Assembly (NCBI GenBank): GCA_013239625.1
Contig: MU054132.1
Coordinates: 310,001-374,000, forward strand
Length of the DNA: 64,000 nt
Direction of reading: 5' to 3'
Source of the DNA: Lama guanicoe
Lineage: Eukaryota
The notes below the pieces were generated by a model. It was not told where the DNA came from. It saw only the letters and a list, made by a program, of their open reading frames with translations, and made no database searches. Below are positions 31,094 to 42,700 of this stretch, one piece after another; position 1 is the first letter of the stretch; each line of letters opens with the position of its first letter. The position numbers and the translations under genes were made by a program.

Positions 31094-31520
31094 TGGGGTT
31101 TTTTTTTCACAGAATAGAAACTTACTTAATTTTCCACTCCATTATCCCCAAAAGTGCAGGACCAAGTAAAGGAAAACCCTCATAGACTGCATGCCACATG
31201 TTAGAAATTTAGTATCAAACTTACTTATTCACCCATTTAAAAAAGTTCTTTTTTGTGGGGGAGAGGTGATTTATTTTAATGGAATTACTGGGGATTGAAT
31301 CCATGACCTCCTGAATGCTAAGCATGCATTCTACCACTGAGCTATACCCTCCACCCTATTTCACCCATTTTTGTGCAATATTTTAATTCCAAACTGAAGG
31401 ACAGATCTTTGTCTGATGATGACTTGGCCACCCCCATTAAGCTGAAGATCTGTGCTCATTTTTTAAAAACTGATGTATCCTGAACAGAAATTCAAATTAT
31501 TTAGTATTCATTAAGCATGT
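31094..31520 (-). pseudogene. Processed (retroposed) mRNA 3' fragment of unidentified source, inserted in the L1
   Basis: 9-bp TSD ggcattttg (31085-31093 / 31521-31529); T9 at 31099-31107 is a poly(A) on the minus strand with AATTAA ~18 nt upstream; the interior is non-L1; the L1 text resumes seamlessly afterwards. Confidence 0.6.
31239..31356 (-). mobile_element. tRNA-derived SINE, camelid Vic-1-like
   Basis: Minus strand GGGTATAGCTCAGTGGTAGAATGCATGCTTAGCATTCAGGAGGTCATGGATTCAATCCCCAG (A and B boxes) plus an A-rich tail; TSD ttcacccattt (31228-31238 / 31360-31370). Confidence 0.88.
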
Positions 31521-32540
31521 GGCATTTTGGTTTTTTCTAGCTCTGGTCAATTATAAAGCTGCTATGAACATTTGTGTATATAGTTTTTGTATTTGCTATG
31601 TCCATTTGTATGGACAGCGTTTTTATTTCTCTGGAATAAATGCCCAGGAACATGTTTGCTGGCTTATATGTTAAGTATATGCTTCGTTTCTGAAGAAACT
31701 GCCAAACTATTTTCCAGAGGGGATGTACCATTTACAGTCTTGCCAACTATGTACGAGAGATTCAGCTTCTCCACAGCCTGTCAGCATTCGGCATTATCAC
31801 TATTTTTAGGCTGTTCTAAGAGGTATGAAACTACAGCTCCCACAGTCGTAATTTGCACTTCCTTAATGGCTAGTGACGTTGAGCATCTTTCACGTGTTTG
31901 TTTGCCATTTATAGATCCTCTTCGGTGCAATGTCGCTTCACGGTCTTTTCCCCCTTTTCGACTTGGATTTCCTTTCTTACCGTTGAGTTTCGACAGTTCT
32001 TTATGTATTCCAGATGTGAGCCGTTTATCAGATATGGGGTTTGCAAATATGTTCCCAGTCGGTAGCTTTTCTCTTCATTCTCTTAATAGGGACTTTGTTG
32101 GAGCAAAAGCTTTTCATTTTGGTTAAGTCAAATTTATTCATTTTTTTCTTAATGAATTGTACTTTCTCATGTCTAATCTGTTCACCAAGCTCTAGGTTCT
32201 GAAGGTTTCCTCCTATGGTCCATTTTATTTTTTGTATAAGGTCTGAAGTTTAGTTTAGGGTTCCTTTTCTCTTGGCCTCTGAATGGATATCCAATCACTC
32301 CAGCACCATCTGCTGAAGACTACTTCCTTCATTGAGCTCATTTTGTACCTTTGCCAAAAATTAGTTGGCTGTATTTACATGGGGCTACTTCTGAGTTTTC
32401 TACATTCTTTCACTGATCTGTGTGCCTATCTTTCCACCAATACCACTGTCTTGATTGTTATAGCTGTATAAGAAGTCTTGAAATGGGTAGATTGATTCCT
32501 CCTGCTTTATTCTTCTAGTTAAAAATTGTTTAAGCTGATC

Positions 32541-32685
32541 TTTTTTTTTTGCTTTTTTTTTTGGTTGAAGTATAGTTGATTTATAATATTGTGTTTCAGG
32601 TGTACAACAGTGATTCACAACTTTTATAGATTATACTCCACTTAAAGTTATTATACAATATTGGCTATATTCCCTGTGTGTTCAA
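32541..32685 (-). mobile_element. Younger L1 3' end with poly(A), nested in the older L1
   Basis: T-tract followed by tgaagtatagttgatttataatattgtg...tttcaggtgtacaacagtgattca...ttggctatattccctgtg, typical of artiodactyl L1 tails. Confidence 0.75.
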
Positions 32686-33149
32686 GTTCTAACTTTCCTG
32701 ATACATTTTAGAATAACCTTGTCTATACCTAGATAAAGATCTTGTTGAGATTTTGATAGGAATTGCATTAAACCTGTGTTATCAATTCTCCAGTAAAACC
32801 ACCTGGGCTTGGAGATTTCTTTTTCAGGGGTTTTAAAATTATGAATTCAGTATTTTTTAATAGTTACAGGGCTACGCAAATGATTTTTTTTATCTTGGGG
32901 GAGTTATGACAGTTTGTGGTTTTCAAGGAATTAGTGCATTTCATCAACTTGTCAAATTTACGTGGGTAGTTACTTACACTATCCCTTTACTGTCCTTCTG
33001 ATGCCTGTAGGGTCTATAGTGATAGCCTTAATTCATTCCCAATATTCCTAATTTGTGTCTCCTCTTTATTTCTTTATCAGTCTTTGTTAGTCAATTACCA
33101 ATTTTTGCAATGTTTACCAGTTTCTTTGCTCACCACTTCTTCCTGCATC

Positions 33150-33570
33150 CTGTGGCAGGCACTGCTGGCTGCCTTCCCAGTACTCTTTCTACCCTTCTTC
33201 CTTTCTCATGGAACCTCAAATTCAGTCATGGTGGCAATGTGCCCAGCTTAAAATACCCTTACTCCCCACACATCTGCAGTTAGGGTTGGAACCCACACAG
33301 TAATGGCTGATGAGATGTGAAGGCAAGCAAGGGGGACTGAGCTTGAAGCCATGGTTTCTTCAGCTGGCCTTGCCCTCTGCCCTTCCCCCTCCTGCCTGCA
33401 GCTTGAACCCAGGGGTGCAAAGGCTCCTGGGGAGCCAAGGACGGCAGCTGAGGACACACAAGGGACTCATGTCCCTGGTGACCTCAAGGAGCCACTGTAC
33501 CACCTTAGACGTAACGTAACAACAAAGCCCTGAAGAGCCTGTACATAAGCGTCTGCCAGATGCAGTCCTG
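33150..33570. mobile_element. Degraded MaLR (MLT1-type) LTR
   Basis: Begins tgtggcaggcactgctggctgccttcccagtac...cccttcttcctt, resembling MLT1 LTR termini. Confidence 0.45.
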
Positions 33571-34577
33571 ATTCCCATATCCATCTCCCTGCCCCCACCC
33601 CGCTCTTGCTACAGAGCATCCTTTAGCCATTCTTTCAGCGAAGATCAGTGCATATTAAACTGTGTCATAAGCGTAAAGTATCTATCTTGCCCTTATCACT
33701 TAGGATAATTGATCAGACTTACATGTGTTTCTTCAACACTTAGGAAAAATTTGTCTCTAGTATCTACTCTTGATGAAAAGTAGAACTCATTTATTAGCAG
33801 GCAATCTGTGTTTTTTTTTTCTCCCATGTAGTTTATAGGATTTTTTTCTCCTTACCCTCAATGTTCTAGTCTAGACCATTAGATGTTCTAATCTATACCG
33901 TGCAGATGTGGACACTCAAAAAAATTCTACTTCACACTTACCGAGTAATTTAGTCTGTGAATCCTGGAAATTTCTCTCTTTAAAAAAGTATGTGTGCAAA
34001 GTATAGCAAATATACCCCAAAAGTGTGTAAAATGAATGGATAGAGGATAAAATGAATTCCCATCACTGAAGTCGGGAAAAAGAGCACTATGACTGTCTGA
34101 GGGCCCCCAGCTCGGTGTTGAGGATCACCACCTCGCTCTTCTGCACGGACTTTACCACCCACGAGTATTCCGCTGTCAGAACCATGACTCATTATCATCT
34201 CTGTGTTTTACTGTGTATGTGTGTTAATACAAACACTTCTATTAGTGTTCCTGTCCCTGGCTCCTGCTATTCCAGTGCTCTCGGACACTGATAGTGGAAT
34301 TGCTGGGACTCAGGCTGTGCACGTGTTCAACTTTTCCAAAGTGTAAGTCTTACCATCCGGCACCCCCATAGGCGGCAGGTAGGAGGCCCGCCGCTCCGCT
34401 GCACACAGGAGGGTGTGGCTAGTAACCCTCCTGTCTGAAGGTCTCCCTTGTCTGGCATCACCTCAGCTTCCTTCTGCTGACCTTGAGCTTGACAGAGCTC
34501 TTCTAATCCCTTCACTTTCAACCTCTCTGTTTCAAGGATTTGGGTTTAGGTTTCTTTTACAAAAAGGCATCAGACTG

Positions 34578-34649
34578 TATGACTGAAAAATTGTGCTGTA
34601 CACCAGAAACTGACACAACATTGTAAACTGACTATAACGCAATTAAAAA
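34578..34649 (+). mobile_element. 72-bp, extremely 5'-truncated young L1 3' tail
   Basis: Perfect 17-bp TSD aaaaaggcatcagactg (34561-34577 / 34650-34666); body actgaaaaattgtgctgtacaccagaaactgacacaacattgtaaactgactataa plus A tail. Confidence 0.9.
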
Positions 34650-35139
34650 AAAAAGGCATCAGACTGAGTTAAAAAAAAAAAGTGGTCTAGTACATTAACA
34701 GTAATTAATGATATATTTAGATTTGTTTACTTGTCCCACCTTTTTTCTTTGCTATCTTTTGGATTTTTTTTTCCACTCCAGTTATTTTCCCCTCAATTAT
34801 TTTGGAAAGGCTGCATTCTGTTTCTGTTCTTTCAGTTATCCTAGAAATGTCGGCCTGCTTGTACACCGGAATCTTTTCTCTCTTCCTCAGTGAGCTTCGT
34901 AGAGGGCTGTAATTCCAATCTCCTCTCTCCTCCAGATTTACACACTATTGTCATGTATTCTAAGTAGCCCTAGTTTTCCTTTTAATCTACAATACATTTT
35001 TGTTTCATAAGGTCAATGCCTATTTAAATCTACACTTTCTTTCTCTTCAATCCCGCCTATATCTCAGATTTTCCATCTGGGATTGTGTCCCTTTAGTCTA
35101 AAAACACCCATTAAAATTTTTTAAGGAGAATGCTTATTT

Positions 35140-35290
35140 CTTTTTTTAAAAATAGCTTTATTGAGATATAATATATCATACAATTTGCCCATCTAAGTGT
35201 ACAATTCAGTGGCTTTTAGTAGATTCACTAAACTAGACTTGCAACCATCACCACAATCCACATTAGAATACTTTCATTATCCCAAAATAG
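35140..35290 (-). mobile_element. L1MB/L1MA-like 3' end
   Basis: aatagctttattgagatataat...aagtgtacaattcagtggcttttagtagattcac...gcaaccatcaccacaatc. Confidence 0.75.
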
Positions 35291-35572
35291 ATTTTCTTTT
35301 AGTGCGAGTCTGCTGGTGACAAAATTACTAGTTTTGTCTGTCTAAAAATATCTTGCATTTGTAAGATATTTTCTCTGGGTACAGAATTTCAAGTTGACAA
35401 CTATGCTTCGTCCAGTTAACACTGATATCAGAAGGTACCATTCCAGTTAACACTGGCTGTGGCTGAGACATCTGCAGCAGGCTTGCTCCTTGAAAGTTAA
35501 TGTATCTTTTCTAATTTTATGATCTCTTCTTGGTCTTTTTGTTCTGCCAATTTATTACCATGTACCCAGATA

Positions 35573-36113
35573 TGTAGTGGTTTTCAATTATGTCCACAAA
35601 TTATTAGATACATCTCCCCTCCAGAGGTGGAACCTAATTCTTCTCTCCTTGAGTGTGGGCTAGATGGAGTGACTTGCTTCTAACAAATAGATGGTGGCAG
35701 AATATCACTTCCAAGAGCAGGTCATAAAAAGCCCCTAAGCTTCCTCCTGTGTTCTCAATTGGATTGTTCATTCTGGGGAAAGCCAGCTGCCACCACATGG
35801 GAACACTTGAGCAAGGCTTATGGAGAGGTCCACGCAGCAAGGACTTGTGTGTGCAGGATGCTTCTATAAGCACTCCTGTGAGCCCTGGAAGTGGAAGCCC
35901 ATCCTGGAAGTAGATCCTTCCCCCTCAGTCGAGCCTCCTGATGCCTGCTGCCCTGGAGGACATCTTGACTACAATCTCAAAGAGACCCAAGCTAGAACTA
36001 CTCAGCTAAGGCACTCCTGAATTCCTGACCCCTAGAAAGTGTCGGATAATAATGATTTATTGTTTTAAGGAGTTTAGGGCATAATTTGTATTCAGCAATG
36101 AATAATTAATACA
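35573..36113 (+). mobile_element. Solo MaLR LTR (MLT1F/E-like)
   Basis: TG...CA termini; tgagtgtgggctagat.gagtgacttgcttctaac, ggagaggtccacg, cagctaag.cactcctgaattcctgaccc, ttattgttttaag...cagcaatgaataattaataca. Confidence 0.8.
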
Positions 36114-39110
36114 AGTGAAAATATTTGACTCAAACTTGCTTACTGAGGTGTAATAAACATTCAAAAAAGTGCACAAATGATATGTGCACAGCTCAATGAA
36201 TATTCATAAAGAGAATCTGAATTATGATCACCACTCAGCAAGAGACAGAACATCTGAGTGCAGATTTCTCTTGGTTGCTCTGCTTGAGATTTGCTGACCT
36301 TGAATCTGTGGACTTGATGATTTTGAAAAGTTCACTGTCATTCAAAAATAAAATTTACCTCTGCCCCATTCTTGCCATTTCTCTCCCCCGAGAACCCCAA
36401 CCACAAGCTCGATCTTCTCAACCTATTCTCGTTCTCTCTCAGCTTCTTGTTCTATGTTCCTGATCTGTTCATTTTGCTGGCTGCATTCTGGATGACCTCT
36501 TCAGATCTAGCTTCCTATTCACAAATTGTCTCTTTAGCCCTAATTCACAGATGCAAGGTTTTAAACTGCTATAATAATTTCTCTAGAACATCCCTTTCGT
36601 TCTTTTGCAAATCTATTCCTATTTTCAAGCCTTTCTTTTAGTTATTAGATCACTTTTAAACATTTAAATTGTCTGACTGATAATTCTAGCATCTGACATC
36701 TTTCAAGTCTAATGTCACCATGTTCTTTCTGATGCCCTTTGCTCTGAGTGTTCTGTTGCCTAGTTCATCTGGTGAACTTTTTCATAAGTTGCTCATCTTT
36801 CTTAGAACTTTATTGGTGGGGATTCTCTGAGGACTGAGATGAATATTCATTCAGGTAGGATCTACATTGTCTTCCATCAAGTGTCTGAAACCACCACATT
36901 CTGGGACCACTCTAAATCTTGGCCTGAGATTTCTTGTGTACAAACCCACATGAGGGCCTGCTCAGCTCTCAGGGGAGACTTGGTTCCACTCCAGTAAGTG
37001 GCAAGGTTTGATTTCCTTCTGGGATGCCAGGAGAGCAGATTTTAGTTTGCAGCGAGTGCTGCCCTTTGGGTCCCCAGGCATTGAGGGCCCCCCCAAGCCA
37101 ATGCTTAATTTCACCTGGTTTGTCAAATACCTTCAGGGCAAAGGTCAGGCTTCAGCATTCTGCTGCTTCTCTTACCTTTTCGCCTGAGTATTCCTTACTT
37201 TCTTGCCAGATTATTGATGCATATATAAAGGATTTGTCAATATTTATTTACCTAGTTTTTTTAGCTGCTTGTAAAGGGAGGATCAGTTTAGGCAACTGGC
37301 CCCCCATGATGCCAGAAACAGAAGCGGTCAGCCACGCCTGCTTCAAGCACCTTCTTTCTCTGGCTTTCTTTTCCCAAACTCCTTTCAGCTAAAGGACAGT
37401 CAAGATTTTCAATCTACCTTCTATCTCCCCTTCCTTCTCTCTCTCTGCCACCTTTTGGATCTTCAGCTTCACTTCCAATTTGTTAATCCCTTCTTTAACT
37501 GTAAGTTATCATTTGCTTTTCTGGGGAGTTTCTTATTTTAATAAACATTCTTTATTTCCAAGATTTCTAATCAGTTCCTTCTTACAGAGTCCCTGTTCTT
37601 GAGCTGTGGGGGTCAGTCCCTCTTTGATCTCTCTGCTGATAAAACAAATGCTCATTTTAAAGCCGTTAGGATGTTACCATTTCACTTTCTTTGAGTAGAA
37701 ATTCTCCTGCTTGTTGGGTTGTTGGCCACTCTTTAAGGCACTGGATTTTCTCACGTATTCTGTAATTTTTGTTTGAGTGCCCATCACAGATGATAGTTTT
37801 TGCTTTTCTCTCTCCCTGCAGGGCTGTTTTTCTACATGGCACACAGGGTTGTAAATGCAGAAGCAAACCTTTCATTAGCTCTCTGGGTTCTCATATTGTG
37901 GGGACAGCCTTACTTAAGCCCCAGCGCTGGCGCTGTGCAGGAGCCCAGCTGCCAGTCACAGCTGTCTGAGTCCTGTCCTGCCACAGACAAGCGCCCTGCT
38001 TCCAACTGCAATCCCAGGAGGTGGGAGCATCTTTTCATCCTTTATTCCTAGGAAAGGAAGCCCAGCTCTAGAGCCCAGCTATGCAGAGGGAGTCCGGCTC
38101 CAGTCCCGACACTGGGGCATGTCTGATCCCCACCCCTTGCGGGAATCAGTCCTGCCCTCATTCCACTGCCTACCACAGCAGCAAGCCACCTACCACTTCA
38201 GTTCACTCACAGCTTCAAGTTTCTGTTCCCTTCCTAAGAACTGCTTTCTTAGAGGAGTTATTAGAGCGTAATTTTAAGTTAAAGCATTTACTTTATTGTG
38301 AGTATGATGATCTCTGTGTGCACACACTCACTCCACTTCTGTGACCCGAGTCCTCAGTACCGTCCTCCAGAGCTGGGCCATTAAATTCCATTCCTAGAAC
38401 TTAGCACAGAGGGAGGAACACACTGGGATGATTCAGGCCAGGGGCAGGAGGCCCAAGGGGAAATCTGAAGGAAACTAAAGAGTGTTATCATTTTGGAGGA
38501 GGTGAAATTTTAATTTGCCACAGGTACCTGGAGTCAGAGTTGTGGGCAGTCGGTCACTCTGGAGAGTTAGCTTCACAGAGGAGGCTCATGGTCCCAAAGC
38601 CAGGACCCTGGGGGGCCCGGCCTAAACACCAGCCTACAACACCCTAGTCTCTGGCAGAACGGGCCCCCCTTCCCCATACAGGGGCCCCGTCCCAGGGAAG
38701 CCACCATCCAGCTCTGACTGGTGAGGTGGGGAGAGGGGCTGCCGGGGCTGGGTGGGGTGAGGGAGAACCACGCCAGGGGCCTCGAGTCTGTAGCGGCTTG
38801 GAGCTGAGCTGCCACAGCACTGCCCACCCCCTTCATGGGCCCCGTCTCTTCCTTCTCTCTCTCTCACTGTGAGGCGGTCCACAGAGGACCAGAGTGGGAG
38901 CCTCTCCAAGCTGCCCCACAGACTAACAAGGGCTCGGCCTGTGGGAGGTCTTAAAAGAACCCTCCCAGACACTGTCTCGGCCACCTGAGGGTTTTGAGAT
39001 AATCACCACTGACCAAGGATTGAGCCACGATTAGGCATGAGCCTTCCCCATCCCTCCAGACTCAAATGCTCAGCCCAACACAGAGCTTACTCATATTAAA
39101 CATCATCTCT

Positions 39111-39265
39111 GTCACAGCAAAAAAAAAAAAAATGTGACAATGAACATATGTACGTTCATGTATAACTGAAAAATTGTGCTCTACACTGGAATTTGACACA
39201 ACATTGTAAAATGACTATAACTCAATAAAAAAAAGTTAAAAAAAATAAAACAAACAAACAAACAA
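39111..39265 (+). mobile_element. 155-bp 5'-truncated young L1 3' end with poly(A)/(CAAA)n tail
   Basis: 13-bp TSD aaacatca(t/c)ctct (39098-39110 / 39266-39278) at a tt|aaac L1 endonuclease site; same family as 34578-34649. Confidence 0.88.
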
Positions 39266-39619
39266 AAACATCACCTCTATATCCCAAACCCAGAGTACTC
39301 CAAGGACCTAGAAATATTTGGTAGGTTTCTGCCACACACAGATCGGCTTGTTTCTTTTTCCAGATATTAAAAAAAAGTTCAAAATACATACATATATACA
39401 GATACAGCAAGCTGATAGGGTTGCTGCTGGCCCTGCCCCTACTCAGCATGGTGGGGACCACTCAGGAGACAAGGAGCCGACCTCACCCCATCGGTGAGCG
39501 CAGGGAGTCATTATTCTAAAGCCAAACTGAAGGTGATGGCAAGCCCAGCCCCAACCCTTGCCCAAGACCATCTGCCTACAGAACAGGACTGATAGACGGG
39601 TGAGGGGACAGGGCATGCC

Positions 39620-39702
39620 TTAGTCGGAGTCACAGGCCTCTTGTTCAGTGGTGGTGTCCACTGCAGACGCCAGGCTGTCCTCCTGGCCTTTCAGCCTCTC
39701 AC
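39620..39702 (-). CDS. CCDC12: CCDC12 last coding exon (ERLKGQEDSLASAVDTTTEQEACDSD*)
   Basis: tccag| acceptor; stop TAA at 39620-39622. Confidence 0.95.
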
Positions 39703-42700
39703 CTGGATGGATGGCAGACAGGAGGAATGGAGAAGAGCCACGTGCTTGGGCCACCACCCAGATGCAGGGATCCCGCCTTGCCAAGCCCCACACTTACGGA
39801 TCAGCTCGGCAATGGCCCTCTGGGTCCGCTTTTCTAGCTTCTCCAGCTTCTTGGCTACGTCTCTCTTGAGGTCCCTGGAGCAAGGAGATTGGAGAAGTCA
39901 AGAGGCTGAAGGCTGGTATGGCCTTGGGGCCCTCCCCTCCCACAGCCCCTCTGGCATTAGGTTATCACACTTGGGTGCCTGACGCCAGGATAAGCCTCTC
40001 TCTCCCTTTCTGCATCCTCCAAAACCCAGCATCAGCCATGCTTCCCAGTCCTAGTGAGGCAGGGACTAGCACCATGGACCCAGGCAACATAGGGGACTAA
40101 GTCAAAGTGAGCAGGGTAGATGGTTTCTCAGGGTCCTCTCTTGGTCTGTCCCCCTCGGTAACTATCAGGGAGTGACTTGCCCTTGTCCACTGTGGGTCCT
40201 GCTCCTCCTCTGGCCACATGTTCACCACCAGATGCTTCCAGAAGTACACACATAGCCTCTCCCTGGCTTTAGGTTTCCCAGACACATGCCCTATGCTTTG
40301 TTTCATCAAATTAGAACAACTTCAGCTGATGCCTGATACAAAATGGCAATTGAGAGGGAACTGGCCAGTACTTCTGGCCCAAGGTAAAGTGAATGCACAG
40401 CTCTCTCTCAGCCTAGGCACAGGGGCAGCAGGAAGGATGAGCTATTTCACAGAAGATGGAACGGAGGCCAAAGGGCAACAGGCTAGCTGGTGGTAGAATT
40501 GGGGCAGAAACCTACATCTGCCCTTCCTACCATCTTGCCTCCACCCTATGTCTCTCTGAGGGTAAAGGTCCACCTTGTTCAGAGGGCAAAGCCCTCTGAG
40601 GTGGGACGGGCCCTCATCCTTTCAGAAGGGACTTTTGGAGGGGACTATTGAGACCCTTCTACCTGAGCCCCTCCCTCCCTCCACACCCTCAGGTCATTCC
40701 CCATCAAGTTCCTCTCATTCTCCACTTCTGTCCTTCTCAGCACTTATTTCAGACAGTAGCTATATGTCTATACCACCCACCTCCTGCTGTGAGAGTGGGA
40801 AAGCCAGCCTGAGTCCCACGTTTGGCACCAAGGGTGCCGTAGTCAGGCTGTGTTGGCCCTACACCAGCCACACTCACCAATCAGGCTTCCGTGGTGCAAG
40901 GTTGGCCAGGTCCTGGGTAAGGAGGAGACACAAGTCAGGGCTGGAGAGGCCTAGCGCCAGGGGAAGTAGAAGACAGGGAAAGGAGGAAGGAAAATGGGAG
41001 AAAGGAAAGGAGGAAGGAGAGGGTGAGGGGAAGCAGGGAGGTGGAAAGGGAATAAAGAAGTGAAGAGAAGGAAGGGAAGGAGAAAAGGATCCACAGGAGC
41101 AGAGGCAGGACGGGGCCACCCCCAGGCACTCACAACTTCCTCAATGATGGGCTCTGGCTTGGCGGCCTCCAGCTGCTCCTTCACCTTCTCTTCCACTAGA
41201 GGGCGCAAGACAACAACGGAGGCCTGTCAGAAAGGAGCCACCACTCTCCCTGATCCCACAAACTGCAGCTATAGGACAGGGTAAGAGGGTGAAGGCAGGT
41301 CCCCAGGAAAACCTGGGCTTTCTTGCCTGAGCCTCTCACTGTCCAGAGGCAAAGACCCTGCAAAGGCAGCTCTGGAGGAAGGGCTTGGGTTTCCCAGGAT
41401 GAAGGCAAGCCAGGGGCAAAGGAGGGCCAGCAGGAGGGAGCCAGCTGGGGTACACGGAGCCCAGATCTCCAGCCAGGAAGCACGGATGCTACTCTCAGCC
41501 CATCTCCCCAGCTGGGAAATGAGACAGCTACCTGGATATATCCAAAGTGTAGTCTAGGGAAGGGCCCTGAGGTCTGGCTTTTCCCTTACCCTCCAGGGGC
41601 TCCTGGGCTCTGAGGACGTCCTCTGGGCTCCGGGTCAGGGCACAGGTGACTTTTCTTCCCATCCCACTCTTAGATGAGTGCTCCCAAGACCAAGGGGACG
41701 ACCGTCTAGAGAAGGCCTGCCCTTGTGCCCCTCTGGCTCCACCCAGCTGCCGGCAACACAATGGGCCTCTGGGTGGTCTGACCAGGAGGGTCCTACCCCT
41801 GTGGGGACAGATGCCAGGAGCATGAACAGCAAATCTGGGCTCCATGGGCCTCCTCCAATCCTCATCACAGTTGCCCTACATTGCCTCAGTCCCTGCTGCC
41901 CTGCCTCACTTCCCTCTAGGAACAAGTGCTGACCCTGAGGCATGGGACCAGCTCCCTGTCCCTGTCCTCTGTCTTGCCTTCGGCCCCCAACATGCCACTG
42001 CCCCCACCACGGTGAGACCCAAACCTTGAAGCAAATCACCTGGGACACATGTGAATCTCAGGGTTAAAGGAGAGGGGGGAGCAGACTGGGGTGTGGCTGA
42101 GTGGACAACACTTTACTCTCTTAGAAGATAAATGTATTTTTATTAATTTATTACTCATATAATCAAAAATTGATAAAAACAAAGAATAAAAACAGGGCTG
42201 GAGCCAGAGAGGTGCATGATAACAAGCACCCCAGCATCTCCAGCACGGATGGCTGTGGATAGGCCGCAGCTGGTCAGATGCTCCTGGTGGCTGTGCTGCT
42301 CCCCACACTACGGTGAGACTGCTGGGCAGCCCCTGGGCCCGGCCCTCATCCCATCAGCGAAAACACCTCTCCCCATCCTCCGTGCTCTGGCACTGCCACA
42401 TCTCGAGCCAGGTGGGCATTTGCCTGCCCAATGCTCTCCAAGGACCGAGATGGTCAGCCCTTCTTCACGGTCTCTCACTCTGACCCTCCAAGGGCCCAAA
42501 GGACCCAGCAGCCTGCCCCTGCTGTCCAAGAGCCCCAGGGCCACTTCCATTTCTCAGAGAGGTCCTCTGAGGGGATGTCCCTGGAAGGCCTCCACGGCAG
42601 GGTATGAGCAGGGCAGAGCGGGGCACAGCGGGCCCAGAAGCCGCTGCAGTTCCCTGGCCGCTTCTGCTTGTGCATCTGCCATGAGACAGTGATGGAAGGT

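Larger units (their letters stand above)
30565..33140 (-). mobile_element. L1MC1-like LINE-1 (3' UTR plus part of ORF2), interrupted by younger insertions
   Basis: Starts ttttattttgaaata...caaaaccaggaattggac...tgtgtagatttgtgt...aaagatctcc (L1MC-type 3' end). The minus-strand ORF 31537-31731 (PLWKIVWQFL...LGIYSREIK) is an L1 ORF2 C-terminal motif. Confidence 0.85.

Noticed and set aside
31270..31356. tRNA-like sequence on the minus strand
   Set aside because: It has a degenerate B box, an A-rich tail and a TSD, so it is a SINE head rather than a tRNA gene.
31401..31453. Box C/D- or SECIS-like hairpin (acagatctt ... ATGATGA ... CTGA ... aagatctgt)
   Set aside because: It is only ~50 nt, with no room for guide or C'/D' boxes and a helix too short for SECIS, and it lies antisense to the inferred retrocopy. 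An Rfam/Infernal search would settle it.
31587..32126. 179-aa plus-strand ORF
   Set aside because: It is the antisense reading of decayed L1 sequence.
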